Origin: the human T2T-CHM13v2.0 reference genome, Homo sapiens
Direction: 5' to 3' (one strand)
Assembly: GCF_009914755.1 (NCBI RefSeq)
Contig: NC_060926.1
DNA length: 64,000 nucleotides
A model generated the notes under the pieces. It ran no database searches. It saw only the letters and a list, made by a program, of their open reading frames with translations, and was not told the origin of the DNA. Each line of letters begins with the position of its first letter. Position 1 is the first letter of the stretch. Below, one piece after another: positions 26,137 through 42,830 of this stretch. The position numbers and the translations under genes were made by a program.

Positions 26137-26467
26137 TTAAAAGTCCTACAAATGTACCACAAACATTTTGTTTTTAACCATGTCCATGTAACTTTATTTG
26201 CCAATCATTTGACATGTGCCACACCCTCTTTTTGAATTTGGATGTGCTGACTTGTGTGTCATGTCATCCTTTTGGTATAAATCGTATCCAAAATGCATTA
26301 TCCAGGATTTTTAGTTTTAGGTTTATTAAAATTTGATGAGAACTTAACGATACTTGCAAAAAAAAAATCTGAGTGTAGAGTCCTCTTAAAGTTTAAGATG
26401 CCCTTCCACCTTTTATGTTATCTCACTTGTACTTGATATTCATCACTTAAAAAAAAAATCAAAAGCA

Positions 26468-26765
<298 letters not shown>

Positions 26766-27230
26766 CAAAAGCCTTAAATTAGTTTTCATAGATACAATGC
26801 CCTTCCTTTTTATATTCAAATTCTATGTGTTTTTAAATATATACTTTGTTTATCCAATTACCATATTAGTACAACCCAGCTCATCTTCTGGAGCTGCAGT
26901 GGGCATCCTAGAACAGCTGTGGACAGTCAGTGGTTCTGGACCTCAGGCAGATTGTTGGCAGACAGGACAGACAGCATTTGTTAATCCTGGCTAAGAAGTT
27001 TTAAGGAGAGCTTCTATTATGTATTATTGAGTTAGGTTTGCTACTACTTAGGATTTTTACGTCTCTATTAATAAGTATGACTTTCGAGTTGTCTTTGTTA
27101 CACTTTGATATCGGGGTTATACTAGTCCCTTAAAAGGCTTTTCAGGTGTACTTCTACTTTCTGTGCTCTTAAACAGGCTCTGTGGCATGATAATTATTGT
27201 TGCTGAAAGGCCCTAAAATACACCAGAGCC

Positions 27231-27501
27231 ACTGTTTATGAACTTAAATTATGCAATTTGGAAATTATATGATACAAATATTTCAATAGTTTGGCTTTAT
27301 GTACAAAATGTGTAATAGTAGGAAACCTAAATTTAAAAAAAAAGACCGACAATCATGTAATTTAAAAGGTGGTGAAATTGTATCTATGGTTTCCTAACAT
27401 GGGATAGCCATCATTTTTTCTCTAAAATGGTGTTATATGTTTTGAATTATAGAAGATTTTCAGGAACGCATATCTTATATAATTGTATAAGATGCAACTG
27501 T
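27231..27501. mobile_element. Probable old TcMar-Tigger-type DNA transposon remnant
   Basis: Ends in TATAAGATGCAACTGT (reverse CAGTTGCATCTTATA), a Tigger-like terminus; a similar CAGTTGCA terminus occurs at ~25776; family uncertain. Confidence 0.4.
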
Positions 27502-27929
27502 CTTGTATGCATTCGTAAAACTGGGCTCAACACATTTTCTGGAGGGGATTCTTTGATCATTTTGTACTTCTTCAATCAATTTGGTAGCTGAGATGTCATC
27601 AGATACTGCCTGTTAACACTGGTATAAATTTGTACATATTACTATAATGAAAGCTTTGTATCTATTCTGTTTTCATCTTCATTCTTAATTTTATGTATTT
27701 ATGTTATTTTCCTTTTTTATTAGGCTTCATATCGTTTCATCTATTTTATAGTTGTTTTCCATCCAAAGAACCAGCTCTTTAAAAATTCTGCTGATATTAT
27801 AATAGATTAGTTTCTTTAATTTCTACATTCAAGTCATTTTTAAGCTCTCTCAATCTGAAATTCCTATTATATGTATTCTAGATATCTTGGGTTATCACTT
27901 TATCTCTTTCTCTCTCTCTTGTTTAGAAA

Positions 27930-30900
27930 AGACTGTTAAAGGGAGCTATTTGTCTATATTTTCTTCTAAAAATTCTGAAGTTTTGCTTTTCACACTTCAG
28001 TATTTATTTCACCTGGAATTGATTTTGCGTGCGTGTTAATTGTGAGGTAGAGTTTTTTTCTCATGTAACTAACCAATGAATTAATATCATCATAGAATGA
28101 TCTGTGCTTTCTCATTGATCCACAGTGACAGCTGTGTCATTTGTTGGGTTTCCATATAAGTGTGGGCTATTTGTGGGCTCTCTATTCTGTTCCATTGGTC
28201 TGTTTGTCTTTCCCTGGGCTATTTTAGTATCTTATTTACTATAGCTTTCTAATAGGTCTTGATCTCTGATAAGGAAGTACTTTGTTCATTTTCAGAAGTA
28301 TCATTGCTATTCTAGTCCTTTGCTTTTCCACTTCAGTTTTAGAATCAGCTTGTCAACTTAAAAAAAAGTTGAGATTTGTGACAGAGTTATAGTGAATTGC
28401 TGGATCAGTTTGGGGAAAGCAGACATTTTTATTATATTGCCTTTTAACCATGAACATAATATATCTTTCCATTTATTTAGGCCTTCTTTAATGGTAATTT
28501 AATGCATTTTTATAATTTTATCCAAAAATGTCTAGTACAACTTTTATTATATTTAGTTCTAGCAATTTTATGCATTATTGTTCTCTTTACTTGAATTTTT
28601 AAAGGTACATTTTCTGACTGGTTTTTGCTTGTATATAAATGAAATCGATTCTCATATACAGATTTTATATCCAGAAACTTTGCTAAACTCTCTTATGAAT
28701 TATACTGGCTTGAGAATTCTCCTGGATTTTCTATAGAGTCAATCATATAATTTGTGATTAATTACAATTTTAATTCTTCTGTCTATATTTCTTTTACTTT
28801 TTTATTTTATTTTCTTGTCTTATTGCCATTGACTAGAACCTTCAGCTGATGTTCTATGTACTTGGTTATAGAGAGTATTCTTTTCTGCTCCTAATTTTAA
28901 AATGAATGTTTTTATGTTTTACCACTGATCATCAAATTTATCAGGTGAACCTAGTTACCTGTTAGAACCTTACTAGTTAGCTGTTTTTTTCATGAATGTT
29001 GTTAAATTTTATTGAATGTTTTTAAAGTATCCATCGAAGTGATCATATAATTTTGCTCCTTTAACCTGTTAATGTAGTGAATTACATTAATATATAATAC
29101 ATAATTATATAATATATTTACATATATGTTAATTAATAACCCAAGTTATCTAAAATATATATAACAGGAATTTCAGCTTCAGAGAGCTTAATTACAGTAA
29201 TAAATATATCTATATTAGTACTTAAACAACTTTGCATTTCTGAAACAATCTAAGCTGATCATGATATATTATCTTTTTTCTGCATTGCTGGGCTCAGTTT
29301 GCAAACAGTAAGTTTAGGACTTTTTTTGCATCATTTTTTGGGATGATATTGGCTTAAAGTGTTTCTTTTTCATACTATTATTTTCAGGTTTATAAAATGA
29401 CTTCTGTTGTGTAAGCCGTAAGATTGGCATTATCCGTTGCCTAAATGTTTGGTAGATTCACTCATAAAACTGTCTAGACTTAGTATTCTTTTTGGGAATA
29501 TTTTAAATTGCTGTTGCAGCTTTTAAAAATGTTTATAGGACCTTTGAGATTTTCTGTTTCTAAGTGAGTGACTTTTGGTGATTTAAATTTTCTAGGAATT
29601 ATCTATTTCTTCCTAAAAATATTGGTGTAATATTTTTTATGATCTCTTAATTTTTCAAAAAGAATTTCTTCTCCATCTAGTTATGCCTCCTTTCATTCTC
29701 AAGATTATATTTTATTATTCTTGCCAGAATTTATCAGATTTTTTTCAGTCTATTCAAAGAATTTTTAGTTGATCTTCTCTATTATTTCCTTATTTTATAA
29801 TTTATTAACTTCTTTTCTTCTATTTTATTCCTTCCATTTTATTTCTTTTCTTCCATTTTGGGGGAGTTTATTATATTTTAACCTCTATGTAAACATTTAA
29901 GGCTCTAAAATTCCCTCTCACTACTGCTTTATGCATCCTGTAGGTTCTGACAAGTAATATTTTTGTTATTTCCCATTCTGAGTATTTTCGGATTTTTATT
30001 ATTTCTTTTTGACACCTAAATTGTCTAAAAATATGGTTTTTGGAAGTTACTAACTTATATTTTAAATTATCTTTTGTTATTGATTTCTAGGTTAACTGGA
30101 ATGGTCTCTATGGTCCAGAGAGTGTAGTCTGTGTGTAACGATATAATACTTAGAAATGGCCTGACACTTGCTTTATGGTCTAGTTTAAATCTGTAACTGT
30201 CCTGTGTGTGCTTGAAAAGAATGTGTATTGTCCAGATGTCTTAAATATTCAATGTGCATTTAGAACAGGCTTGTTAATTGTTATTAAAATCTGTACTCCT
30301 GATTTTTGTGTGTGTGTGGTTTATCAATTTCTGAGCGAGACATGAAAATATTCTGCTTTGATGTGACATTTGTCAATTTCTCCTTATAATTCCACCTACT
30401 TTTATATATTTGATGCTCTCTATATTTTTTCTCTCTCTATAGAGAATTCTTATATCTTCCTGGAGAATTGAATCTTTTAACAATATGTAGCAAGCCTCTG
30501 CCCATTTCTGTCTTTTAAAATCTCTGCTAATGAGTTTTTCTTAAAGTCTGTTTTGTTCATGTTAATATAGCTACCCCAGCTTTCTTTTGGTTAGTATTTT
30601 CCTTGTATAGCTTTTTCCACCTTGTTACTTTCAACTTTTCTGTCTTTAAGTTTTAGCTATCTCTCCTGTGAACAGCAAATAGATAGATTCTATTTGTGTT
30701 TAATGCATTCTGACAATCTTTACTAATATATTTGAATTTGTTTCTGCCATCTTATTTTGTATCTCTATCAGCCTTTTTTCAATTAAAATATTCCCCTCCT
30801 TTTTTCCATCCCTTCTCTTCTTTTTAGTTTCAAAACTATATATGTTTCTATTTCTTTAGTGATTAGTATAGAAATTTTAACATGGCATATTTAACTTAGC

Positions 30901-32520
30901 AAAGTCTAAATTTAATTGGTATTTATATCTTCCTCCAGAATATTACAAGGAACTTAGACTGCTTTAACTCCAATCACCTATCAATTTGCAAACTTTTGTA
31001 CAATATTTTAGTTTTATCTTTTTTACCTACCTTTTTAAAGCATTATTTTATTTTAAGTAATCATTTTTTTCTTTTAGCTATATTCACATTTACTTTTTTT
31101 TTTAATATCCGTCATCTTTTTCCTGAAGTAGGGCCTATTGAAATTCCTATAATTGAGGTCAGTTCATTATAAACTTTCTCACTTTTTAACTGTTTGAAAA
31201 TATTTTTTTCACCCTTATCTTGGAAATAATAGTTTCACTAACAGTTATTTTCTGTCAGCACTCTTTTCTGGCTTCCATTGTGCTATTGTTTTCACAAATC
31301 TGAGGACTTAAAAAAATTTTATTTTAAAGTTAAGTTTAGTTTTGGCTGGGTGCAGTGGCTCATGCCTGTAATCCCAGCACTTTGGGAGGCTGGGGCAGGC
31401 AGATCATTGAGCTCAGGAGTTCGAGACCAACCTGGGCAATGGTAGCAAAACCCCGTCTCTACAAAAAATACAAAAAATTAGCTAGGTGTGGTGGTGCATA
31501 CCTGTAGTCCCAGCTACTCAAGAAACTGAGGTGGGAGGATCGCTTGAGCCCAGGAGGTTAAGGGTGCAGTGAGCCATGATTGTGCCACTGCACTCTAGCC
31601 TGGCCCACAGAGTGAGACCCTGTTGCAAAAAAAAAAAAATTTAAAAAGTAAAATTAGTTTAATTTAATTTTTAAAAGATGTTATTTTTATTCATTCTGAG
31701 CAATTCTCAACCATTATCTCTTCAAATGTTACAGATTCCATTCTCTCATCATTTCTGGAACTCTGGATATACAATGGACCTCTTCTATTCTTCATGTCTG
31801 TCAAATTTTCTTTCATATTGTTTATTTCTTTGGATTGCACTCTGGCTAATTTCTGAAGATGTATCTTCTTGTTCACTTGATCTTTAGCAGTTTCTAATCT
31901 GCTATTTTACCCTATCTATTGAGTTTTCAGTCTTAAGTACTATATTTTTATTTCTAAAAGTTTTATTCCCCCAATCTGCTTGTTTATTTTTGAAGGTCTC
32001 CTGTCCCTTTGGCATATTTTTAATGCCTTTTATTTATTTAAACAGTTTTTCCTTAAAGCCCTATTTCTGACTACTCTGACTTCTGTTGTCTGATTCTGCA
32101 ATTGGTTGGCTCTAGCTGGCTCTTGCTCATGGTGCCTAGTTCCTTATGTGTTTGATTGTGAACTCATGTTCCTTGGAACTTTATCTGAGAATTCTTTGGG
32201 GCCTGGGTGGAAGTTACATTCTTTTAAAGAGGATATGTGTTTACTTTTACCAGATGTCTGGAGACACTATAAACACAGATTAACTTAAAACTAAATGTTC
32301 AGTGTGTGGCTTTTTGGGTCCACTAGTTAGTATGCATTTTGGCTCCTTATTTCTCTGGATTTTTCCTTTCTCATTTGCCCTTAAGAATTTTCTTTACATT
32401 CCCATCAGCTCAGCCATGCATTTAAAATGGATTTTAGAAATATCTTTTCTGTTAATTTAGGTGTTCTTACTTGGAGGGTTTCTCTGGTTGTCTAATTTGT
32501 CATTTTGCTGGAAATCAATG
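27930..32520 (-). mobile_element. Ancient L1M (L1MC/ME-type) LINE, degraded ORF2 and ORF1, interrupted by an Alu
   Basis: T-rich + strand with L1 ORF2-like phrases (TTTTAGAATCAGCTTGTCAA, ACCCCAGCTTTCTTTTGGTTAG); minus ORF 31691..31876 contains ORF1p-like FEEIMVEN. Confidence 0.8.
31344..31640 (+). mobile_element. AluJ-family SINE
   Basis: GGCTGGGTGCAGTGGCTCATGCCTGTAATCCCAGC...GGATCGCTTGAGCCCAGGAGG...A-tail. Confidence 0.95.
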
Positions 32521-35500
32521 TCTTTATTAGAGGTTTAAATTTGAAGTCATGGTTTTCATCATGCAGGTTTATCTCCTTCAGGGTTGTGTACTCTAATTTC
32601 TTGTTTGCAGTTTCCTCTTAAGACTTCCTATGAATACACATGAGCCATTTGTTTTCTTCTGCTTTTTACTCAACTCTTTAAGAGCATTGGGAGACATTTG
32701 TCTTTGTCTTCAGATCGCTCTTCTTCTTTTGCCCTTAATATCTTCTTTTTTTTCCTTGTGTTTATCCTTACAGAGGGAAGTCCTTGCTTGTCAAATACTG
32801 GGAGCTCAGTTAGATTCTTTCCATAAATTCATGGGCCCTTCTAATCTCAAACTCAGACAAAAAGAAGAAGGAAATAGTTTAGATTTGCAGTAGTTTCACT
32901 TTGCTGGTTAGAAATCCAGCAGGGTGGGAGAAGTAAGAAGGAAACCAGGATCAGAGGCAGCTATGTGGGGCTATTCTTCTGGGCTGAAGAGTTTATTTCC
33001 TATGTTTGTTATGGTAGTCAGGGGTTAGCTAGGGTAGGCCAGAGGGCCAGAGCTGCTGCGCCTACCAATGAACTCCTATGTAGGAATTTCTTAAGTAAAG
33101 TAGAGTTGACCCTCTCCCACTAGGCCCACCAGGCAGGGTGTTACTTTAGGGAAGTTTCTACAGTTTTGGCTGAGTGAATCCTTAACCTTGTGGGTTCAGA
33201 CACCTGTTGGGTCAATTTTCTCACGGCTAGATGTGTAAACTTACATGAGAAATATAGCTCCCTGGGGCATGTGACCTTGGTGGCTGGTCCAGCCCATAGT
33301 CTCCTATAGGCTCAGTGAGTGGGAAGCCAAATTGTGATTAAGAGTGAGAAATCAGAATGAGGAGAGAGAGTTCTGTAATTTGAACTTTAGTGCCAGCTGA
33401 CTTGGCACTGACACATCCATCTCCAAAGGTAGGGGCAGCTTTAGTCCCTAAGCCTAGGTCTGCTCTCCCCTGATGGTGCTGGTGTGGACACCTGTCAGTG
33501 TTTACTCCTTACTCCTGTTTGCCTGTTCTTCAGGCCTGATTAGTACCTTTCTTCATGGATATGCTCTTTCTCTGGATTAATACATTCTTCCTAATTATGG
33601 TTAAGTCTTAGTGTAGGAGGCATTCTTCCCTGTTGAGGTGACTTTGCCTCTCCTTGCTCTCACCGACTATGAAGTTATTTCATGGTCTAAGTCTCTAAGG
33701 GCAGCCCTATTTCCCTTAATTCCAGGTTGGGGGGATGTGGGATGCCTTATTGCAGCTCATGAGTACTGACAACAATTTATTCCAAGACTTTGAAGCAAAG
33801 GTTTTCTGAGCAAAGGAATCAATTACAGGGTGTGGCTCCCAAGTGAGGAAGCATTTTCAGAAGGCATCCAAGGCAGTTTGTCTCTGAACTTCATGGTTGC
33901 ACCTCTGAGCTTGAGACTTAGAGGGGGAGTATTTTAACTTTAATAACATTCATGGTTTTACCTGTACTTTTGTACATATCAGATGTGCTAATTAGGAAGT
34001 CACTTATCTTTTCCTTAAAGTAGGTTTCCTAAGGACATGTATTTGGCAATATTGGTTTAGCAAGAATTACTGTATGTGCTTGAAAGTAACTGTACTTCTT
34101 TAAAAATATTACCCGTTCAGAAGTGTTGCCAGTGAAGCCTGGCCTCCCCCCACTCCTATTAGTTCTGATTAGGGAGGTTTGATGCCCGTCACTGGTGTAA
34201 TCTGGACCTTCCTTTGTGACTCATTCTTTCTCTCATTTTCTCAGAGCAAATACAAATCGCCCATCAAATGACAAGTGAAAGCACAGGGGGAGGCGAGGGG
34301 AGGGAATCAGGGCCGAAATCTGTTAGCTATTTGGAGTAATTGGTTATTTGCTGTGTTTGCTGGTTGGGAAGCAGAGCACATACTTCACGGTCTCTCCTGT
34401 TACGGGGGCTGGAGTCACCCTCCGATATTGGATCCTCGTTGCCGGAGCCCTTGGCTCGGGGCGCCTTTTCCCTGCTTGGCATTCCTGTGGTCTCCTCGGG
34501 AGTGCACCCCTCCTCCCTCGCTGCACACTGCAGGGGGGACAGCCTGGGGTGAAACTTGTCTGGCAAACTTCAGGGCTCCATCAGGGAGGAGGAGGCCCTG
34601 GCTTCCACCATCCGGCGCTCCTTGCCTCCACCTCATCCTGACATAACCCCTCCACCACCCCCTGCCCCAAGAGGTCTTTCCCCTGGTCTGAGAGGGATCT
34701 CTTTTCCCATCTAGAGAAAAAACACTCATCTCTTCCTAGAGGGATATTCTTGGCTTCCCTTGGAAATCTACAGCATAGGCAACTGTCTCTGAGGTCTAAC
34801 TTGATGTCTTCCTATCTCTATTGGTCCTATGCACTGGCTACTCCCTAGCCTGGGTCAAAATAGTGCTTGGAAGTTGGTACAGCGCTAGCTGCTGAGCACA
34901 AGACTCCCCTGAGTGTGCTTGGTGAAGCTTATTAACCCACCTTTTGTCTTTAACTCTTCTCTACATTAACCAAGGCACAGGGAAATCAGAGCAAATTAGC
35001 AACAAGTTCAAAATATAAAATATTTGAAAAGTAATGTGATTTTGTATATGAAAATGCATACAGTAACTAGAAAGTAGGTTGACTTTGGCACATAGTAGGT
35101 TCCCCCCAAATCCTCTTAAAATTGAATTTAGGAGAGCTAATATTAGTGTCTGTAGCTTGATGAATGCTTCTGCAGTCTTGGGAAGGCCTTCAAAAATAGT
35201 TTTTCTCTTAAGTAGTTGTAACTCTTGTTAAGCAAAATTGTCTACATAAGCAGAAGGAAGATAAGGTATGCTGCCCAGGCCCTATTGGAATTGTCACAGA
35301 TTCTGAATTAGTCATGTTTTGTTGCTTTCTTCATATGTTTGAAGAGTCTGATGGAAGCTTCTTTCATTCACCTACTGGCTAGGTTCCATTCCTCTAGGCT
35401 TTCTGCATAGTTGTGTGGGATCATGGTGCCCTCAGAGAATCCAGTCATGGGCCCCCAAGGATCTATCTTAGACTCCTGAATTGAGAAAGCACCAGCAACC

Positions 35501-38049
35501 TCGGGTTCCCCACAGCTCCCCGACTCTCTGTGAGTCCCCCATCTGGTGGAGCAGGCCAATAGTCAAGTGATCAGGTCCCCTTGCCATCTGTTTGACTTTA
35601 CTGGATGTCAGGCCCATGTAGTCTCTGGGCCTTTGGAAGCAATTCAGCATTTTGGTTAAAGGTCTTTACTTCTTTCCCACCTCTGCTGATCCAGAAATCA
35701 GAGTAGGTGGAGTAATGATCCCCTCCACAGATGAGGAGGCTGGACTGCAGGGAGTGTCAACAAGAGGTTGAAAGCCCAGTGTTCCACTTGTAGAAATAAT
35801 TAAGTGACTTTTGTTATAAGTGTGTGGAGTTCTGCTGAATCAACGTGGTGGCTGGCTGTGGGCATATGTCTTTGTGGCTTTGGGGGGCATAAGTGATTTG
35901 GTATACACAGGGTGGAGTAGTTTTGAAGTCGGAGTATTTGCATGTCTGGGGTTTTGTCTGGTCTACATGTAGGCATGAGTAATTTTATGTTATTTATGTG
36001 TTTATTCATGTGTGCATGAGTAAATAGTCCATTTCCTAAATCTCAGGACATGAAAGAATTAGAGGAACCTTTGTACCGTGATTCCAGTACTACAGATGTA
36101 GAGCTATGGGGTAGCAGTACTGGAGATCAAACTGATGACACTGGCAATATCAACAAGAACATTAATCATGGTAAACTTTACAGGTTACAGCATATCTTTG
36201 TAGATATCTACTCTGAGCCTTACAGTAACCCCAGTGTTGGGTTGTTATGTTACTATCTTGATGATGATGATTTGTACTAAGAGGGAAATTACTTTCAGCA
36301 CAGTCTAGGATGTCTATCTCTGGGTTGACATAGGCATGAAGGGCTACTTAAAATTATAAACAATAATAGACCACATTTTTTTTTAAGAGTTGGGCATATA
36401 GTTCTGCATAGTGACCCAAGGTTTAACGTTATAACCTTGGTGACAAATGGATTTGACCAGAAATTTTTCTCTTTGATCCAACTGGTCATCCTGGGGAGAG
36501 AAAACAAGTTCTGTACCTGCCCCCTGTCTCCTGCTTCCTGACTTCACAGAAAGGAATTATTATTGCCAGTTTTTCCACCCGTATTCATGAAATGTGTTAG
36601 GTCTACTGAATGATGATGGGAGATTAAATATTTGGAACGTATCATACTGATTTGGGTCTTCAGGGGGATTAAGGTGCTCATTAGACTGGATCAAGCCTGG
36701 AGAAATAGATCTCCGCTATTTTCTCTGGCTGCCCAGGAACTGCATATTGGCTATTAGCTGAAACTGGAGAGGCTTCCAGTCCATGCCTTGGTCGGACTTA
36801 CTGGGTTGGCTGACTGCACAATGAGGGGCCTTGAACCTTGAGCATGGGGGAGTGGTGTTTTAATGGCCAGACTTCTTGTTAAAGCCTAAGGTGACACTTC
36901 AAATATCAAACCTTTTGTGTTTCTTTTTCCTCCTTGCCATGTTCCAAAACTGGATGCTTAGCTATTGCAAAATGAGGTAAAAAACACATTTGGAATGAGA
37001 AAACATACCACCATTTCCCTTTTGGAGCTTTGGAATATGGGATTCCATTAACATCAGAGGGTTAGTTGGCTTTGGCACCTCTGAGTTCAGACATGGAATA
37101 GCTGTCCTGTTTTTTGTGGGGCTCTTTCTTATGGCTGTGCTAACTTATTCCTGGACTTCCCGGGGAAGAGAAGGGAGAAGTGGGCTTGAAATAACTCCAT
37201 CAGAAGCCAGATGAGTGAAATAGCAGAAATGACATTTTCAAGTCACATCTGTGAGTGTGTTAAAAATATAACTTTATTTTTCTGTAAATCAACTTAATCT
37301 CTCCTGTGAGCCCACATTTTTCCTGATGGCAGAAAAACCCCGGTAATCATCAACATTTTAGGTTTAAACTTAGGCAGTCTGGGCTTTCTATCTTCCTCCT
37401 TAACCCTGGGAGGCAGCTCAGTTCTGGGTTGGGCTTCCATAATGTCATGACCTCCACAGGGAGGAAGTCCTGGTCACCAGTATGTGTCTACTCTGACATT
37501 TAGAGACCCACTGATTTCTGGGCACACAGGCCATACTGCATCTTCTCATTTCAGCCCCCAAATCCTTCTAGTTTTCCTGGCTCTTTCTCTCTCCACTAAC
37601 TTTCAAGCCCTACAGGGAGTGGGGCACCATTAAGCAGCTCTCCCATGACACTCTGGGGTCTGTGGGAAATTCCAAGGGCTTAGGCTCTGTCTCCCATGAC
37701 ACCCATGCAGCCATCTCCAATCAACTGCCCCACAGCCAATTCCTCTGGCAACTTCCGGGTGGCTGCTGCTGCCTGGACCCCCAAAGTTATAGAGGGGTCT
37801 GTTCCGTGTACACTTTGGAGCTGACCTGGAGGCAGGGTGTGCGGTGCCTTATCAGAAACCATCACAAGTCTCTAGTTCTCGCTTCCTTTCTCCTTCTACA
37901 CTTTCATTTCTTTCGCCTATGATGGGGAAAAACTGGCTGGACAAAACATTCTTTTAAACCTATTATTTTAATGGCACATGATCAGCCTTTGTAAACTTAA
38001 AAGCCAAGGATCACCCCCTCTTTCCCCACATTCTGCTGTTTAGGCATTC

Positions 38050-40420
<2,371 letters not shown>

Positions 40421-40889
40421 GGAAAGGGCAAGGGGGTAAACAAAGCATTGTAGGACCAAGAAAATATTAGTTAATATGTAAATCATGATTCTGCCACATG
40501 CCTAATTGCTGTTAAAGGTGCAGGCCATTGATTAGAAGAGGGTTTACCTGTGGGATGCAGGACGAAAATGGGGGCAAAAGTCACTGAGCAGCCGGCCAGC
40601 TGGTGTGGCCGGGAGGAAGGTCATAGGCCATTCGTCTCAGCAGCTGTGAGTCTGCTGGGGAACAGCAGCTGCCAGACATCACCTGGAACTTTGAAGGAAG
40701 AGGGAATTGCAGCCAAGAGGGGAACTTGGGGAAAACAGTGTGGTAAGATTTAGGTCCTGTTGGTGGTAAATAGCTTGTTCTATTAAAAAAAAAAAATTGA
40801 ACTCTTATTTCCTTAGAAAGAAACACTTGAGATTCCTGCTTTTATTCTTTTGTTTGATGTTATATGGTTGTATTTGATCATTTGTTCTT

Positions 40890-41980
40890 TTTAATTTTAG
40901 CAACTTTATTGAGATAATCCATGTGAATACAGGTTCTTATTTAAAGTGTACAGTTTAATGGTTTGTAGTATATTAACAGAGTTGTGCAACCATGACCGGA
41001 ATCCATTTTAGAATATCCTCATCACTGCAAAAAAAAAAAAAAAAAAGTACTGAAGAGCATTTATTCCTCACAATAACTGTCAAATTTATGCTATTATTTT
41101 TCCATGACAGATTAGATAAATGGAGTCCTAAAGAGGTTAAGTAGTGAGCAGTCTCTCCCAACCACTCCCAGCCCCTGGCAACCACTAAATATTTTTTGTT
41201 TCTATATATTTGCCTATTCTGGAGCTTCATATAAATGAAATCCTACAATATGTGGTCTATTGTGATTAAATTCTTTCACTTAGCATAAGGTTTTCTAGGT
41301 TCATCTATGTCATAACATGTATCAGTTCTTCATTCCCTTTTTATTACCAAATAATGTGCCAGTGTAAGGATATATCACATTTTCTTTATCCACGCATCAG
41401 TTGATTCATATCTGAGTCTTTCCACCCTTTAGCTGTTATGAATAATGCTGCTTTGAACATTCATGTACAAGTTTTTGTGTAGACATAAGTTTTCATTTCT
41501 CTTGGATATATACCTAGGAATGGAATTGCTAGGCCATATGGCAACTCTAACGTTTAATGTTTTGAGGAACTGCCAAACTGTTTTTCAAAGTGCTGCAACA
41601 TTTTACATCCTCACCAGCAGTGTACAAGGGTTCCAATTTCTCTATGTCTTCACCAACACTTATTATCTGACTTTATGATGATAGCCATTCTAGCAGGTGT
41701 GAAGTGGTTTCTCATTGAGGTATTGATTTGCATTTCTGTGATGTCTAATGATGTGGAGCATCTTTCCATGTGCTATTGGCCATTTGTATATCTTCTCTGG
41801 GGAATGTCAACTTAAATACACTGCCCATTTTTAAATTGGATGATTTGTCTTTTTATCATTGAGTTGTGAGTTCTCTATATATTCTGGATACAAATCCCTT
41901 ATCAAATATATGATTTGCAAATATTTTCTCCCATTCTGTGAGTTGTCTTTTCACTTTATTGGTAGTGTATTTTGAAGCAT
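40890..41980 (-). mobile_element. L1MB-type LINE 3' end
   Basis: CAACTTTATTGAGATAA...TTAAAGTGTACAGTTTAATGG...CAGCCCCTGGCAACCACTAA...GAGGAACTGCCAAACTGTTTTTCAAAGTG. Confidence 0.88.
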
Positions 41981-42584
41981 CTTGCTGTTGTTCTTTATTT
42001 AAAAATTTTTAATTTTTAAAGCTATGCAAGGAATACTTGCATACAATGAAAAATTAGAAATTTTTGAGTTATACACAAAAAGGAATAAAACATGTACAAT
42101 TTTACCATTCAGAGTGCCACTATGAACTTCTGGGGTTTAGTCCTTTTGTTAAAATGAGATCACATTATTTTTTAACCCTTTATAAATCTCATCAGTTGTG
42201 AGTAACTTTTCATGTCAGTAAATATATTTTTCCAGCATCACTTTTTAGGTTGTGTAATGTTTAATCATATGGAGGTACCGTTCAGTTCCAAGCAGTTCAG
42301 GTCCAAACAGTTCCTTATTGTTGGACACTTAAGTTGCTTCCAATTTTTCACTTTTAAATGAAGTAAAATCTTTATGCATGTCCATGATTGCTTTCTTTGG
42401 ATAGAATTCTGGAATAAGATTGCTGTGTCAAAGTGCATGTTCTTTTAGGCTATGGAAACGTGCAGCCAGTTTGCCTTCTGGAATGATTGTGGCCATCCGT
42501 GCCCCACCAGCAGTTTGTAGGAGATTAGCTCTTGGCCAAGAAGCTAACCAGGTCTATGCAACAACAGCAATATTACTATTATCA

Positions 42585-42830
42585 GTAAGAGCAATAAACA
42601 CTTACGTTGCATTTATGTGTAGGCACAGTTCTGAGCACTCTCTCTATATTGACTCATTGATTCCTCACAATAACTGTCAAACTGATACTATTATTTTTCC
42701 ATTACAGATAATTGAGTCCAAGAGAGGTTAAGTAGTGACCCAATGTCACACCACTGAGCGTGGCAGGATTTGAACACTGGCAGTCTAGCTTCTGGGTCCT
42801 GGCTCTCACCCACCCTGCTTTACTGCTTCT
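42585..42830 (-). mobile_element. MIR SINE
   Basis: TATGTGTAGGCACAGTTCTGAGCAC...CCTCACAATAAC...AGAGAGGTTAAGTA...GGATTTGAACACTGGCAGTCT. Confidence 0.8.
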
